Of a stretch of DNA of 64,000 nt, positions 12,968 through 26,189 are shown piece by piece (within the stretch, counting starts at the first letter, position 1; each line of letters opens with the position of its first letter). The position numbers were made by a program, and so were the translations under genes. Source of the DNA: Geosiphon pyriformis uo1 (Eukaryota; Fungi; Glomeromycota); contig JAAOMT010000436.1 in assembly GCA_016748015.1 (NCBI GenBank), positions 1,235,660 to 1,299,659 on the forward strand, in the 5' to 3' direction. The notes beneath the pieces were generated by a model. It was given only the letters and a program-made list of their open reading frames with translations, was not told where the DNA came from and made no database searches.

Positions 12968-15185
12968 TTACAATTCTGGAAAAATGTATTTGCCACAAAT
13001 GTCGATAAGTTGAGGGGTATGAGTGGGTTTTACAGGAATAAAATCATCAAATTCGTGAAGAGAAGGGTAATGTGAATAATGTGAGCCCTTCCACGTTTCC
13101 AAAGGATACTAATCGAAGAAGCAAATGTGTTTTTGAACACGAAGAAAATGTCCAAAAAATAGCATCTCTTCAAATATTTTCAACGTTGTTTCATTCTCGT
13201 TATACATTTTTACCGGCATTGCAAGAATCTGCTTTACCAGCCTCAATACAACGTTTACAGGGATTTTGCCTATCGCATCCACGGTGAATATCACGACATC
13301 TCGAACAAGGTTTTCCTGAAGTTTGAGGAGTTGGGCTCTTTATTCGACCTGATCTTGATAAAATTTGATCATCACTTCTAATTTCTTCTTTAGGCATCGG
13401 AATTGCACCATTCAAACATATTTGACCAGTTTGCATAACTTTTGGTCTCTTCGCTGCCTGGATGAGTAAGGTTTATGTGAAAGAAAATGCGAGGCGCCAT
13501 GAAAAAAGAATACAAGGCCGAGCCGATGAAAAAAATTATTTCTATACCCCGGTGTTATCGGATTCCTTTTCGTTTTTAATATCAATCTTGGCATCTTCAG
13601 AGTTGCGTTTTTTTCTTCCTCCGCTTTGTTGGTTCTGCGTTTGTCGTGAGGAAGTTTTAGTAGTAGAAGTAGTGGTAATACTTCGGGATGATGACGGTGC
13701 CTGATTATCATTTTCTGAAATGCTTTTAGTTATTGAATTTTTACCAGTCTCTGATTTACGACCTCTGCTGCCAACAACGATTGGGTTGTGATTAACTTGG
13801 GATTCGGTATGTTGATTGAATTCTTGCTTTATAATTTTACCCTCATTCTGATCCAAATTTGTAGAGTAGTTCATCATTTCGGAATTAAATATAGGTCGTT
13901 TACCAGATTCATTAGGGACTTCCTGCTGAACTTGATTATTTTGAATGAACTCATGTTTCATAAGAAAAGGTTGAGATAAATGATAGGTCTGGGGGATTTG
14001 ATTAATTGGTCTAAAGTCATTAATGTTATGATCAGTTATTGGATTAAAACCAGTCGGAGGAATATGATGAACCAAGTTTCGGTTGATCGCCATATAACTT
14101 TTGCCATCCTCAAGTGATTCATAATTTCCTGTAATGATATTGTTTTGATCATCAAATAATGAAAAATTTTCCAAATTCAGAGCAGTTCGAATCTCTTGCT
14201 TTATATCCTCTTTGGTATCACTAGGCACGAATCTAAATTTGTAACCATTTTGTGATGTATCTTTTCTGATGAATACTATGATGGATGAAAGATTTCTCTT
14301 TGCTTGAATTTGGGATGCCGGAACTATTGGGAATATTGAGGAGACCAAGGGAGTCGAGTTATGCATAGGAGTATCGATTGTAGTGAGTTGGTGCGATGTG
14401 GTCAAGTGATTGGAACAATTATCTACTTGAGTAGGTTGAGATAAAATTGCCAGAGATTTTGTGAGATTTTTATGATGTGCAGGGGTTTTAATGGTAAGGT
14501 TTTGACTATCAAAATTGGTGGAGAGGGAATGATTCTGAATATAACTTTTACTTGTTGTCAAGTTCTGATTCTGATAAGCAGTGACATTAGATGACAAGAA
14601 TTGTTCTTGAATTCCACCCTTTGACATGAATTGATTATGATGTTTGAGCATACATTTATTCTGATCATTAGAATTATATTGAACATCATTGGCAACCTCC
14701 TTTAATAAAGATTTATTTGAATTTTCACCGCTCTGAAGGATTTGATTCTGATCCCTTGGTAAATTTTGATGAATGGAATAAGGTTGAGTTTGATTGCAGT
14801 TCGATATGTTGTTAGGATTATGGTGAATGAATATGGTTTGATTCTTAATATTTTCTTTCGGCAAGATTTTCTCATGATTACTGTGATTCTGTTTGCATGC
14901 AACTTTAATTTCTACAGCCTTATTGTGAGGGCTTTTGTGAGAGTCTTGTTGAACTTGGTTACTGTTTAAAGGCGGCTGACCAGGATTAGAGCCATTTGAA
15001 AAGAAATGGTTCTCCATATCTCGGATGAGTGTAGGAGTAGTAGTAGTATTTTGTTGAGTATTGTCATTGTGTTTAGATTCTTTAGTAGGGGTATTTGTAA
15101 CCTGTCTCGTTGTAGACCTTGTTGAATAAGGTGGTGGTGTTACGGAATTTATTTCAAAAGTAGAGTTAAAGCCGAGGTCATCCAT
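12968..15185 (-). CDS. Zn(II)2Cys6 transcription factor with C-terminal zinc cluster and N/Q-rich N-terminus
   Basis: Exon1 15185-13548, then a phase-0 GT-AG intron 13547-13458. Exon2 continues AAKRPKVMQ... to CSRCRDIHRGCDRQNPCKRCIEAGKADSC (C-x2-C-x6-C-x5-C-x2-C-x8-C). A probable intron 13205-13109 and last exon to TAA at 12968 follow; the 3' end is uncertain. Confidence 0.75.
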
Positions 15186-18073
15186 TTAGAAATAATTAGG
15201 AGTGGGGAAGATAAAAGTATATATTACATGTAGACTTTATAAACTTTTTTTTTTTTTTAGCTGTTTTGACAATTGAGAAAGTCAAAAACAACTTTTAAAT
15301 TAACAATAAAAAAAATATTTTTTTAAAAATAGATGAAAAGATCTCCAAAAACAAACAAACAAACAAATAAATAAATAAATGATGGTGTAATATCTAATTA
15401 TAAAGCTCCCAAAAGTGATACAGTGGAAATCGTTTTTTTTTTGAATTTGATTAAATTATCAATATTAAAAGAAAACGCCTGAATGTTAAAAAAAAAAAAA
15501 ATTTAATTAATCACGAAATGAAATTATTAAAATGATAATATTTTTTTTAGAATTTAATGATAATAAAAACTATGAAAAAATAATTTCAAATCATATTTTT
15601 AAGTTTATAATTAAAATTGAGTTTTTTAATTATTTATTTTATTTAAAATTTATTTTTGACGAATTATAATTTATGTAAAAAAAATACCCATTTGTTCAAA
15701 ATGGGAAAATGGGATACTTTTACCCGTCTCATTCTTGCATCCGAATTTATTTTGCCATAATACCGTATAATTCTCCATTTACCTTTTTTTAAGAAGTTTT
15801 AAATATAATTAATTAATAAATTTTTTTCATTAAAACTTTTGTTTTTGTTTTTATTTAATTTTAATATATTAAAAACCCAGCCCAAGTTTGGCTCGGAAGA
15901 TAAAAATTAAAAACAACACCTATTTGGTGTTAAAAAATCATCTTATTTGTTGTGTGATTTTCGATTATGAGTTATGACGTCTTTTATGCCGTCCACCCAT
16001 TCATCCCATATCTTTTCTTGATTGCTGAGAAAAACTTGAACAATAATCTCAAGTGTTTCTCATAATCGCCCAATGGGACAATACTTTACAAAATTAAACT
16101 AGAGCCGGGCGCCCAAGATTTCGGCTATCGGAATTCACCCGACCCATATAATTCACCCAAAACTCAATGGTTAGGAAAAACACCGACTATTTCCACGATC
16201 CACCTTGTTATAGGTACCCACTAAACCCCATAACTCGTTCTTGGGAATAATCCCAAGAATATTTTGATAAAGTTAACCCTTTTTAAATTAGCCCCGAATG
16301 CCAGAGATTTTGGCTCTCGGAGTTGGGCCCGACCCTAATACCCCCAATAATTTAAGGATCTGGGAAACCATCCGAGTTTAATTTCTATTGAATGTGGTAT
16401 ACAAAATTGAATACCAAGATGTGACCCATTCACTGGCTGGGTAGGGCGCCAATAGTTTTTAGCTATTGATATTCACCCTGAATACAAATCGACCAGCATC
16501 TCCTACTGAGAATTTCCCATTCTCCCGCTTTTCTTGCCCTGCAATCTACTCCAGATGCTAGATTTCTCACATTTCGGAAATCGCTCTAAAAACGTGATGG
16601 AACTAGAGGTTGGTGGAATTTCTCCTCTTTTTGCCCCCAATAGCTTTTTATGACATTTTTGGGACACCCAATTCCTCGGCATTTAGCCAATAGCCTGGTA
16701 TAAGATGATTTAAATTGTTACAACAATTAATTGGTTAGGAATAGAAAAAGTAGAATCAGAAATAAAAATTGGATATTGTTGTTTCTAAAAATGGTTGAAA
16801 CTCAATGACTTTGAAGAAATTCTTGAACTTCAATAATTATTATAATTAGTGAGAAAGAACGTAAGATATAGAATCAGGTATTGTATTCTGTTCAAAATAC
16901 TTCATCGAAATCAAATGTCTTTGATTAGATTGAAACATTTTTAACCTCCCAAAAAATTTAATTCGGATCAATTGCGAGAATAAAGTGTTGAAGAAATACC
17001 CCGCTTGAAAAACCTTTGGTTGAATAGTTTTTTAATACCAACAGGATATGGACTTAATAGGAATACCATGAATGGATCATAAGGTATATGTTGATGACAT
17101 TATCTTTGAACCAAATTTTTATCGTTGACCAAGATTTGTTGAAATCAATTCCACGTGCAATTTTTGTTTTTCATTTCAGATTCCCTTTTAATTTAGAGTT
17201 GTCAATTATTAAAGCTATGAGATCTCAAACTGATGATCCCTGCTTTTCGTGTTAAGGAAAGCGTCGCAAATTAGGAATGGCCGAAAGTGAATGGATAGGG
17301 AATATATACAAATCTTTGTATAGATGAAAATGCAAAAAGAACAAAATGTCTGAAAAGAGAAATGTATTTATATGTACATGCGCTAAAGATTGATATCAGA
17401 GTGTCCGTATGAATATAAAGTTTTAATGAAATGGATTAAAAGTGTCTGTGGAAAGACAATAGTGCAAAAGTTGTATTTAAATAACTTCATGTATTAGGAG
17501 GAAAGTGCGGGTTGCATCTACCAAAGTCTGTCTAAAGAATAGGCAAGGAGTGTCTTTTAGAAATCCATGAATAAAGATTTCAAAGGCAAATTAATGTCAA
17601 TACATCAGCGTTTTGTCGCCTGAAACCGCGCTGTTACATTAAGATAATTAACCCCAACTGTGTGAGAATTTTGTGAGTAAATTTGGTAGAGGAAAAAAGG
17701 GCATTTATAAACGTTAAGGATAATCTATGTCGTGAAATTTCTAACCAAAATAAGATTAGAAATTTTTCTCGTGACCGAGATTTTTCCAATTTATTATTAC
17801 AAGGTTTTTTATTTAAACCGAATACGTCGATGCTGCTAACAGAATCAATCAAATGTTGTAACCCCTGCGCCAAACAAAAATAATATCCCAAACTGAGAAC
17901 GTATACCTCAGATACCCACCTTAAAAATCGCGGTTTACTTATCTATAAAATAGTTTCTCTCATTCACCCATTTTGCTTCCAATGTGGCGTTTGGTCAATA
18001 TTTAATATATCAAAATTCAGTAATTACAAATGACCGAAATACCCCTATCACAGCCTGATTATTTATATGATTA

Positions 18074-19368
18074 TCAAGCGAATTCTCCAGCTTTTCCAGA
18101 CTACAAAGATAAAAAATTATTTAATTATTAGCCTGCGGCGAAAAAAAAAAAAGATCTCATCCAGTGGATAATCAAAATTTCTGCTTACCTGCAGCAACCC
18201 TACAATTAGTCCAAACAATCCCAACACACTACCAAAAATCTCAATGACCAAAATTTTCACAAACAATGTTCCATCTTGCGCGTCAGCTAATGCGGCACTA
18301 CTCCCCGTCACACCAACAGCGATACCACAAAATAGATTACACATCCCAACAGTTATACCGGCCCAAAAAAGAGAATATCCTAGACATTTAAAGAGAATAA
18401 TTTATAAGAACTAAATTGTTGAATCTCATCGTTTTTAAGTCATCAAATTCGATTAGTAATGTAGGAAATTCATAATGAATAAAAAAATGTGTCATACCAG
18501 TAAAACGATTAGATCGGATACTTGATTCATCATTAATAGCATATTGTAACTTTGCTGAAAATACAATTGCCATAATGACTCCGTAAATGGCAACGACTTC
18601 ACAGAAGATGATACTGAATCATATACATAATATTCGATGGAGGCCAAAAATGATTCAATTTTGAAAAAGTGACAGTCCGTGATGAAACATATTCATGATT
18701 TTATAATTTATTAAAATATATTGCAAAAGGTTACAATAGGACAAATTATATGGGATAAAGAGAGTGAGCGAGTGGTAAACAAGGTCAAATTTTCATTTGA
18801 TATAGGATCAATTATATTAAGAGAAAATTTTCAAACCTGATGAGATTTTTGGTCCTAATCCGTGGTGCTTTAACAGCGGCTCCGAGAATCGTGGAACCGG
18901 TGATGAAGATTCCCCTTTAAAGTATTCGTAAGAACACATCCATGATGTAGAAATATTTTTAAAGTTAAGCAATGAATTCAACGAATTACGAATAGGCAGA
19001 AATGACCCATATTGCAGTGATTAATACATTCAATTGCATGGTTTTGGGCCAAATTTAACGAGATAATGCTCGTTAGGCTCTAGAAAGCACAAATCTACTC
19101 CCAACGGGATATGTTAAAGTAATAACTTTCATAAGTCACCACCCATCCCTTGATATCCAGCCAATGAGATTTTAACCACATACCACGCAGCACCAATAAC
19201 GCTCAACCCGATGCAAAAGGCAATCCCAGTTGCTGCAAATGTATATGGACTTATATTTTCCAACCATTCTCCAATTTTTAAATTTCCGGTGATGAGAAGT
19301 ACGAAAAGTACTATCAGAAAAACGGTAAATGAGTAACCATAGATGTATGTAAGATATTTTAGGTACAT
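18074..19368 (-). CDS. VMA16: V-type H+-ATPase V0 proteolipid subunit c'' (21-kDa)
   Basis: Multi-exon. Reads [117 protein letters not shown] and ends SGKAGEFA*. Confidence 0.95.
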
Positions 19369-19791
19369 TTTTAAGAAGGGAAGTTCTATTTAGAAAGAAG
19401 GGGATAAGAATTAAAATGAGCGTGCGCGCGCTTAGAAGTAAGGTGAAAGATGGGATGGTCAACTTGGTTAACTATTAGATCTTGAAATTGATGAGGATCA
19501 GGTGATTTAGATTCAAATTTAAATATTGAAAGCATTTTATACTCTCTCGAGATATAAACAAAAGTTTTTTGATATACTATGTGAACTCTTCACTCAAATA
19601 CATTCAACACCTAATTGATTTTGCATATGTATATATATATATATATATATATATTATAAAATTCATCCCCAAGGAATTTGTAAAACGGTACCAAATTTAA
19701 TTAATAGTTAAGATACACGGCCGAATATATATAAAAATTAGAATACGTAAAAAGGCTCCATTTGTGAAACATCTCATTCAATATCTTCCTT

Positions 19792-20421
19792 CTAATCTAC
19801 TCTCCACTATGAAAAAAAGATGATGAGAAATTTTTAACAAAGGTTTTAATATAATTTAACATGAAAACTATAAGTAAAGGACATACCTCTAAATTATTTG
19901 TATGGATTTGAGGTTCTGGTTGATTATGAGCAGACTTTTGCTGTTCTTCCAATTGTTTACTCAATTTACCACCACCTTTTTGAACACCACGATTTTGAGC
20001 CTAAATAGAATGATTTTAAGAAGGTACAAGAAATCAGTGTGACTCAATGCATAGAAATCAAAAATTTCTTTTCACTTTCTCTCTCCTCCCATACTTTGAA
20101 AACCACCCAATGAGTAAGAACACGAAAAAGATCTATATGGAGCAATTCTGAAGCCTATAAATTTCAATTCTCTCAAAATGTTAAATAAGTGCAAACCTGT
20201 TGAGCCCTTTTTTCAGCAGCCAATGCAGCTTCAGAGCGAGCGGAGCCAACAGTGTTTCCTTCTAATGTATCGCCCACTGTTCCACCTCCGTATGAATTTC
20301 CACTATTAACAACATTATTACTGCGATCACCAGAACTTTTGGCCGGTACATTCGAATTCGAAGATCCCAGTGTATAACCTTTGTCTCTAGTACCAAAACA
20401 ATTTGATATAATAGTTCCCAT
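19792..20421 (-). CDS. Small VCP/p97(Cdc48)-interacting protein (SVIP-like), predicted N-acylated
   Basis: Three exons (20421-20197, ~20000-19887, ~19806-19792). N-terminus MG...C. VIM motif R-x5-AA-x2-R (RSEAALAAEKR), followed by AQQAQNRGVQKGGGKLSKQL; ends EWRVD*. Confidence 0.7.
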
Positions 20422-20916
20422 GTTTATTAATAAATATTTAGAATTCGATATTTCGTTTTATTCTAATAAAATCAAAGAAAAAATATAAAAGCAAAAAATA
20501 TACGAAATCAAAAAAGGGTAAAGGGTAAAAATCAATAAAAGCCAATGTTGCAAGTTTAGAACTTTGGATTATTTATATCATATGACATGTAATTATGATG
20601 GGCGATCAAAGGCTTCTGACATTAAAATTCCTAGTTCAAAGAAAAGTATCTAATCAATGCTAATCTGTGGATCAAAATTTTGAAGCAATAGGTAAATTGT
20701 TCTGATCTATTAATTTTATTCCTATAATGATGAAATCGCCGAAAAAGATTACTATTAAATATGGGAAATTTTCAACAAAAAGTACACTATCTTAGTAATA
20801 CATTGTCACAAAATAAAATATTTAAGTATAATAGGATAATAGGATAATAGGATAATGAGCTAATGGTTATTTGTAAGTAGGTGATGTCAATTAATAATAT
20901 TTTTTTTCGGAGGAAA

Positions 20917-21981
20917 TTACACAAACCCATCAACACCACCACCACCAGTCAAAACACTGGCCGCATGTTGTTGATGCTTCACGGAAGCAATTCCATAGAA
21001 TAATCCGGCAAAAAATAAAGTTATAGCTGGAACAATAAGAGACGTTGTGCTGACTACAAGTGATATCCACATTATCGTGGAGAATCTAAAGTAGGAATAA
21101 TCAAAATTTTAAATTCAGAATAAAAGAAGACATAAAAGAATCAAGTTTTAATACATACACAATATACCCAGTCGCTCTTATATTATTGTTTTCAAATTTC
21201 TTGACGAACTGATCACTAAAATTTAAGATAGAAAGAAATAAAGAAAGAAATATATTTTAATTAAATTTTCATATTCAAAATCTACAAAATTTCAAACAAA
21301 AAAAATAAATAAATTATTTCTTACAATGTAGGACTAGTCGGGCATACCTATTAAAGATATAATTATAAATTAATAATGATTTGATATATTTGATTTTCGA
21401 AAATAATTCGTACTGATTGGTGGGGACATACCTTCGTCAATATGGGAACTTCTACAAACACCAAAATAAATGCAATAACCCTAAAAGAAAATAAAAAAAT
21501 TTAATTATTTTAATAATAATAAAAATCTTACCCTCCTCAAAATTCATAATCATAAACTCGACATACCATGCCAAGATACAAAAGATTGGATTTGAGGTAA
21601 AGGCGATGACACCAAAAATAATCAGCACTAATTATTCAAAAATAAAATTGATAGGCAAATTTAAAAGTTACCATAATGTAAAAGTGTTTAGAAAATGTAA
21701 AAATATTTAGAAAAGATTTGCCTACAAACTATTGAAATGAGGCCAGCCCTATTTTATTAATATCGGGTATGAAATAAAGAAGTTTTTTTAGTGTTATCAA
21801 AATCGTTCAGAAACTTTTAATTTCATTATAGGTTTCTCTCAAAGAGAAATCCTCCAAGAAATTATAATCAAAACTACGAAAAACTCCTATATCTATGGGT
21901 TCCCTCCATTCCCCTGATAAACACTCACCATTGCGCATAAATAGAAAAGTTTTTGGCTTTGAGTTCCTCGATAAAACCCAT
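20917..21981 (-). CDS. TVP18: Golgi membrane protein Tvp18
   Basis: Seven short exons missed by the ORF track: MGFIEELKAKNFSIYAQW...LVFVEVPILTKVCPTSPTFDQFVKKFENNNIRATGYIVFSTIMWISL...YGIASVKHQQHAASVLTGGGGVDGFV*. Confidence 0.88.
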
Positions 21982-22750
21982 TATAATGTATATCCCTACT
22001 AAAATAGTTTTATCTGTGAGGCTTTGAAGTAATAACTGGTCAAGTTTAGGCTTAGTAGCTTTAAAGGACTAGTTCGTAGTTTGTTTTTTAAGCAGAGAAT
22101 TTTTACAGGTTTGAATGTGATAAACGTATCGATAAGAAAAAATATTTGATATTATAAACTTCTGCCTTGTCAATAATTAAAGAGATTTTGAATAAACGCT
22201 TTTTCCTGTTAAGAGTATAAAACTAAAAGTTTCGTTAGGCTAAACTGGTTAAAAGTGAATAGATGCTTTTATAACGGAAAGTCCCAAGATGATTATCTGA
22301 TCGTCACAGAATATTATTAGCCTTTAATTTATTTGAACACAACATTTACCATTATTAGTATTCCGATTATTCATACGTATGGAATCTTTTATCCATATAA
22401 TTGACTCCCATTGAATGAACAAGTGAAAAATATTTTTAGAAACAATATTCAAAGATATTGTTGAAAGTATTGTCTTTCTGGGCGCCAGGATAAAATGCCA
22501 AGAGCTAAGGTTAAAGAGAAAGATAAGATAGGAAAATACCGAATAGTTCCAAGGAATATTAAGATTTCATTTTATTATTTACAAGTATTTACTTCATATA
22601 GGGTCATATAGATTACTATAAAAAAGAAAAAGAAAAAATAATCCAAGTTAAGAATAGAGTAAAATACTACAATTAAAATAATAATAATAAAAATAATAAT
22701 AATAATGCAAGGTAAAAAGATTTTAGGAGTGGGGACACCTAATGGCTAAA

Positions 22751-24453
22751 TCAAATTTTATTAATTAATCTTTGATGAGCCTCACTCAATTGTAATTCTA
22801 GTTGGCGGATTCGTACTTCTCTTTCAGCGTTTTTCTCCTCTAGACCCTGCTTTTCGCTCTCCAAGACTGCCACGCGGGTTTGCAGCCCAGCGTTGGCAGC
22901 CTTAAGTTGGTTAACCTCTTTCTCGAGATTTTCCATTCTCACAACTTTTCGCTGACGACTACGTCGAGCAGCATCAGTGTTTTTAGCTCTTTTTAAAACT
23001 ATTTCCTCATTTGAATCTCGCGATATTTCACTACTTCGACGCTTACGAGGGTTTCTAGAAGCCCCAGAACCTGTCGATGTTGTAGAAACATCACTAATGG
23101 CTGGGCTAGCAGCTGAATAAGGTATAGAAGTTGAAGGTGTTATGGAAGTTGCGTAAGGAGTAATATTAGATGGACAAGTTGTATATTTTCTATTAGTGTT
23201 AGAAATGGTAATGGCTGAATAACTTGTAGAATTAGAAGCAGCTGAAACATCTGTAGAAGCCGTTGGAATTGACTTTGGTGAATAAACAGTATTTGGTATA
23301 GATATCGTGCTTGAGGCTTTCTCTTCAATTGATGTATTGGTGCTGAGCGTGGTATGATCAGCATCTATTGTATTTGAAATGGGGGAACTCAAAGGGGGAG
23401 TGATCAGATTTGGAGATTGAGCAGACTGTGATGGAACGATAGCGGTAGAAATTCGAGATACTTTCGGGTTACGACGGCTTCTAACGGCATTTTTTGGGAT
23501 CATGTGCCTTGAAGTGATGTGAGGGGTTGCTGAATGACCCGGGTTAGCTGTCTTTGAAGTTGATCGGGATCTTCTTGATGTTTGGGCATTAAGATTCAAG
23601 ATAGCATCAACAAAAGCTGATGCAGTGTCATCCCTTGGTTTTATCTCGGTGATATTTGTAATATTGCCATCCCATGGAATATTAAGAGCACCTGATATCG
23701 GTAGGGTAACGTTTGATTGTGACTGCTGTTGCGATATGGTTTCCATATCTGAAGCTGAGATTGAATCCGAGATATTTGTCGACATTGAAGATGAAGATGA
23801 AACTGATTCAGAGGTGTCAACTATTGTTGACTCAGGTATTGATACTGGTATATTAAGGGCTGCTGTTGAGGATGGAAGTTTTATTAAATTAGATTGAAAT
23901 GTAGGGTCATCAATATCGGTAAATCCAATATCTGTAAAATTCAAATCTTGGAAATTGGAGGGATAATATGCTCCAACAGGATTTAGTAGAGGACTACCGG
24001 GAAAAGAAGCATTGCTAGAACCGAAAAGTGGTGATTCGATCGTTTCCTGAGGTGTTGTCACGAAATCAAAGCCTAGATCTGCACTTGGGGTGGTCAAAGT
24101 AGATGATAAGTGAGGTGAAACATCGTCACTAGATATTGTAGTATTTTGATTGGTCGTCAGAAAAGTGTAATCCTCATCAGCTTCAGAAATAAAACCCGCA
24201 AGATCATTTGCCAACCATTCATCAAAAAGTGTTTTTATCGAGTTTGAATCAAGTTCGCCAAAATTATTAGCGATCGTGTCAAATTCACCATGTTGAAATA
24301 TTGTATCCATTTGGTTGACAAGGTTTGATCCGTTCAATTCAACTTCGCCGCTATATCCGGTCATTAGAGTCGGAGATGTTATATCAGCAAATCTAGAGTT
24401 AATGTCGTTGTTATCGTTTTTATTTTTGTTGTTTTTGTTGTTTTTGTTGTTGC

Positions 24454-24486
<33 letters not shown>

Positions 24487-24583
24487 GGTGGTGATGATGG
24501 TGGTGGTGGTGGTGGTGGTGGTGATTGTCGTCATTAGACAGACTGAATTCGAGAGATTTTTCCGTTAAATTGAGGTTGTTCAT
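22751..24583 (-). CDS. GCN4: bZIP transcription factor, Gcn4/CpcA (cross-pathway control) type
   Basis: C-terminal basic region KRAKNTDAARRSRQRK plus a leucine zipper. Acidic/hydrophobic activation-like region (LFDEWL...TIESPLF). First in-frame ATG at 24583 in good context (ACAACAATG); the ORF-track start at 24640 is a TTG. uORFs lie upstream. Confidence 0.85.
24420..24523 (-). repeat. Coding trinucleotide tracts (CAC)n/(AAC)n giving poly-His then poly-Asn
   Basis: GGT/GTT runs on +; a long His run then Asn-rich sequence in the protein. Confidence 0.9.
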
Positions 24584-24803
24584 TGTTGTAAACTGCTGTG
24601 ATCTATTGTCGTTTACGAAGTGTACAATGCGATTTTCCAAAAAGTGAAAATTGATTTGGAATTTCTCAAGCTGTATCTATTCTTTGAGAAGGGGTATCAA
24701 CAAAAATGGTAGAAAGAAGAAAAAAATTTGTTTAGTGATCAATTATTTGTTCTAACTGTGAAATAGGTTGGTTTAAAAATTTCTGGAAACTGAAGATAAA
24801 TTT

Positions 24804-24890
24804 TCAGCGAAAAGATATTATTTTTCGCGTATAATGTTGCTCTGGTTGAGGGACATCGTTTTGAGTGGGAAATATAGAAGAGGCGGCCAT
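24804..24890 (-). promoter_or_regulatory. uORF2 (28 aa, MAASSIFPTQ...SFR*) with nested uORF3 (24856-24818, MSLNQSNIIREK*)
   Basis: Read directly. The uORF2 start is in strong context (GCCACCGCAATGG). Confidence 0.65.
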
Positions 24891-25010
24891 TGCGGTGGCA
24901 AAAAAAAAATTAGAGGGGGGGGGGGGTTTGGTTGAAAAACCAAGGAAAATTTTTTTCACACTAAAAAGTATGGTGTTTAAAAAATCAAAGCTGAAAGCTT
25001 TGAGTTTAAT

Positions 25011-25031
25011 TTAAAGGCTGACGAAAGCCAT
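25011..25031 (-). promoter_or_regulatory. uORF1 of the bZIP leader (MAFVSL*)
   Basis: ATG GCT TTC GTC AGC CTT TAA followed by A-rich sequence. It is the most 5' of only three ATGs between ~25650 and the main ATG. Confidence 0.7.
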
Positions 25032-26136
25032 GTTAAATTTTTAAGTGAAAAATTTTTTAAAGAACAAACGAGTCAAAAAAATATGAATATCCAAGTTTTG
25101 AAATTACTTGGTAATAATTATGTAATAAACTGACAAAGAATAGTAGACGGTAGGATAGAAACAATGATACTTTTAAGACGTAACCCCGAATCCGAAAAAG
25201 TTTTCCGAAAAAAATCTCTTTTCGAAAAAAAAAAAAAAATTTTTTTTAAGCGAGATTTGAAGCTGGATTTACGAGAGGTTAAAGTTTTTTGATGGATTGT
25301 CTTGAGTTTAACAAATATTATTCTAAGGGTTAAAAAAGAGATAATATTTGATGTGATGAATGCCCTTTAGTATTACTAATAAAGAGGTAAAAGAATCAAT
25401 AATTTTTAAACTGTTGAAATTCTTAGCTATATAAACGAAAATGAATTTCAGGTGAACTATTTTGCTATAAACAGCTAGAACCCTCGGCTAATCAGATCTT
25501 AATTACCCGATTTAAAACCCTAATTTAAGTAATTGTGTTTAGATGTTGTTTCTACTCGGAATTTCTTTTCAATGTCAAAAAAAATACCAAAAATAAAATC
25601 TACAATTTTAACTCCCCGATCTGAGTTGCAAAGTTTTTTTTTTTATGTTACTGTAAATATGGCATGCAAGCTTAATTGGTAAAAGATTAAAGCATTTTTT
25701 GTATGTTCAATTAAAGATATTACTGAACGACTACCAAAAATAGTAAATCTTCGGAATAAGCCTTTTTCATGACAGGGAATTCATATGTTCCTCGAAAAAA
25801 TGCTACGAAAAATGAAGAAAAAAAAAAAGATCCAATAAACTCTTTATTATTTCGTCATGTATAACATTTATAGACAAGCAATATTGAGAACTTTAATTGT
25901 TGGTTCCCCTATCTTTTGACAAGTAAACAAGAAACAAATAACTTAAATCTAGAAATTGAATTCCACGTTTTACTTTCTTGATTACTAAAATTTCGGTTAA
26001 AAAGATCTCCCGATTAAATTTACATCACTTTTTTCGTCTGAAATCTGAGATTACTTCATTTTGGAATTCAGCCAATCAGAAATTGAGAATATGAAATTAA
26101 TTTTTTTTAACTTTGTTTAATTTCGAAATAATAACC

Positions 26137-26189
<53 letters not shown>

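Noticed and set aside
26146-26188. (TAA)n-(TTA)n palindromic microsatellite and other (AAT)n/(TA)n runs
   Set aside because: Common low-complexity sequence in this AT-rich genome.
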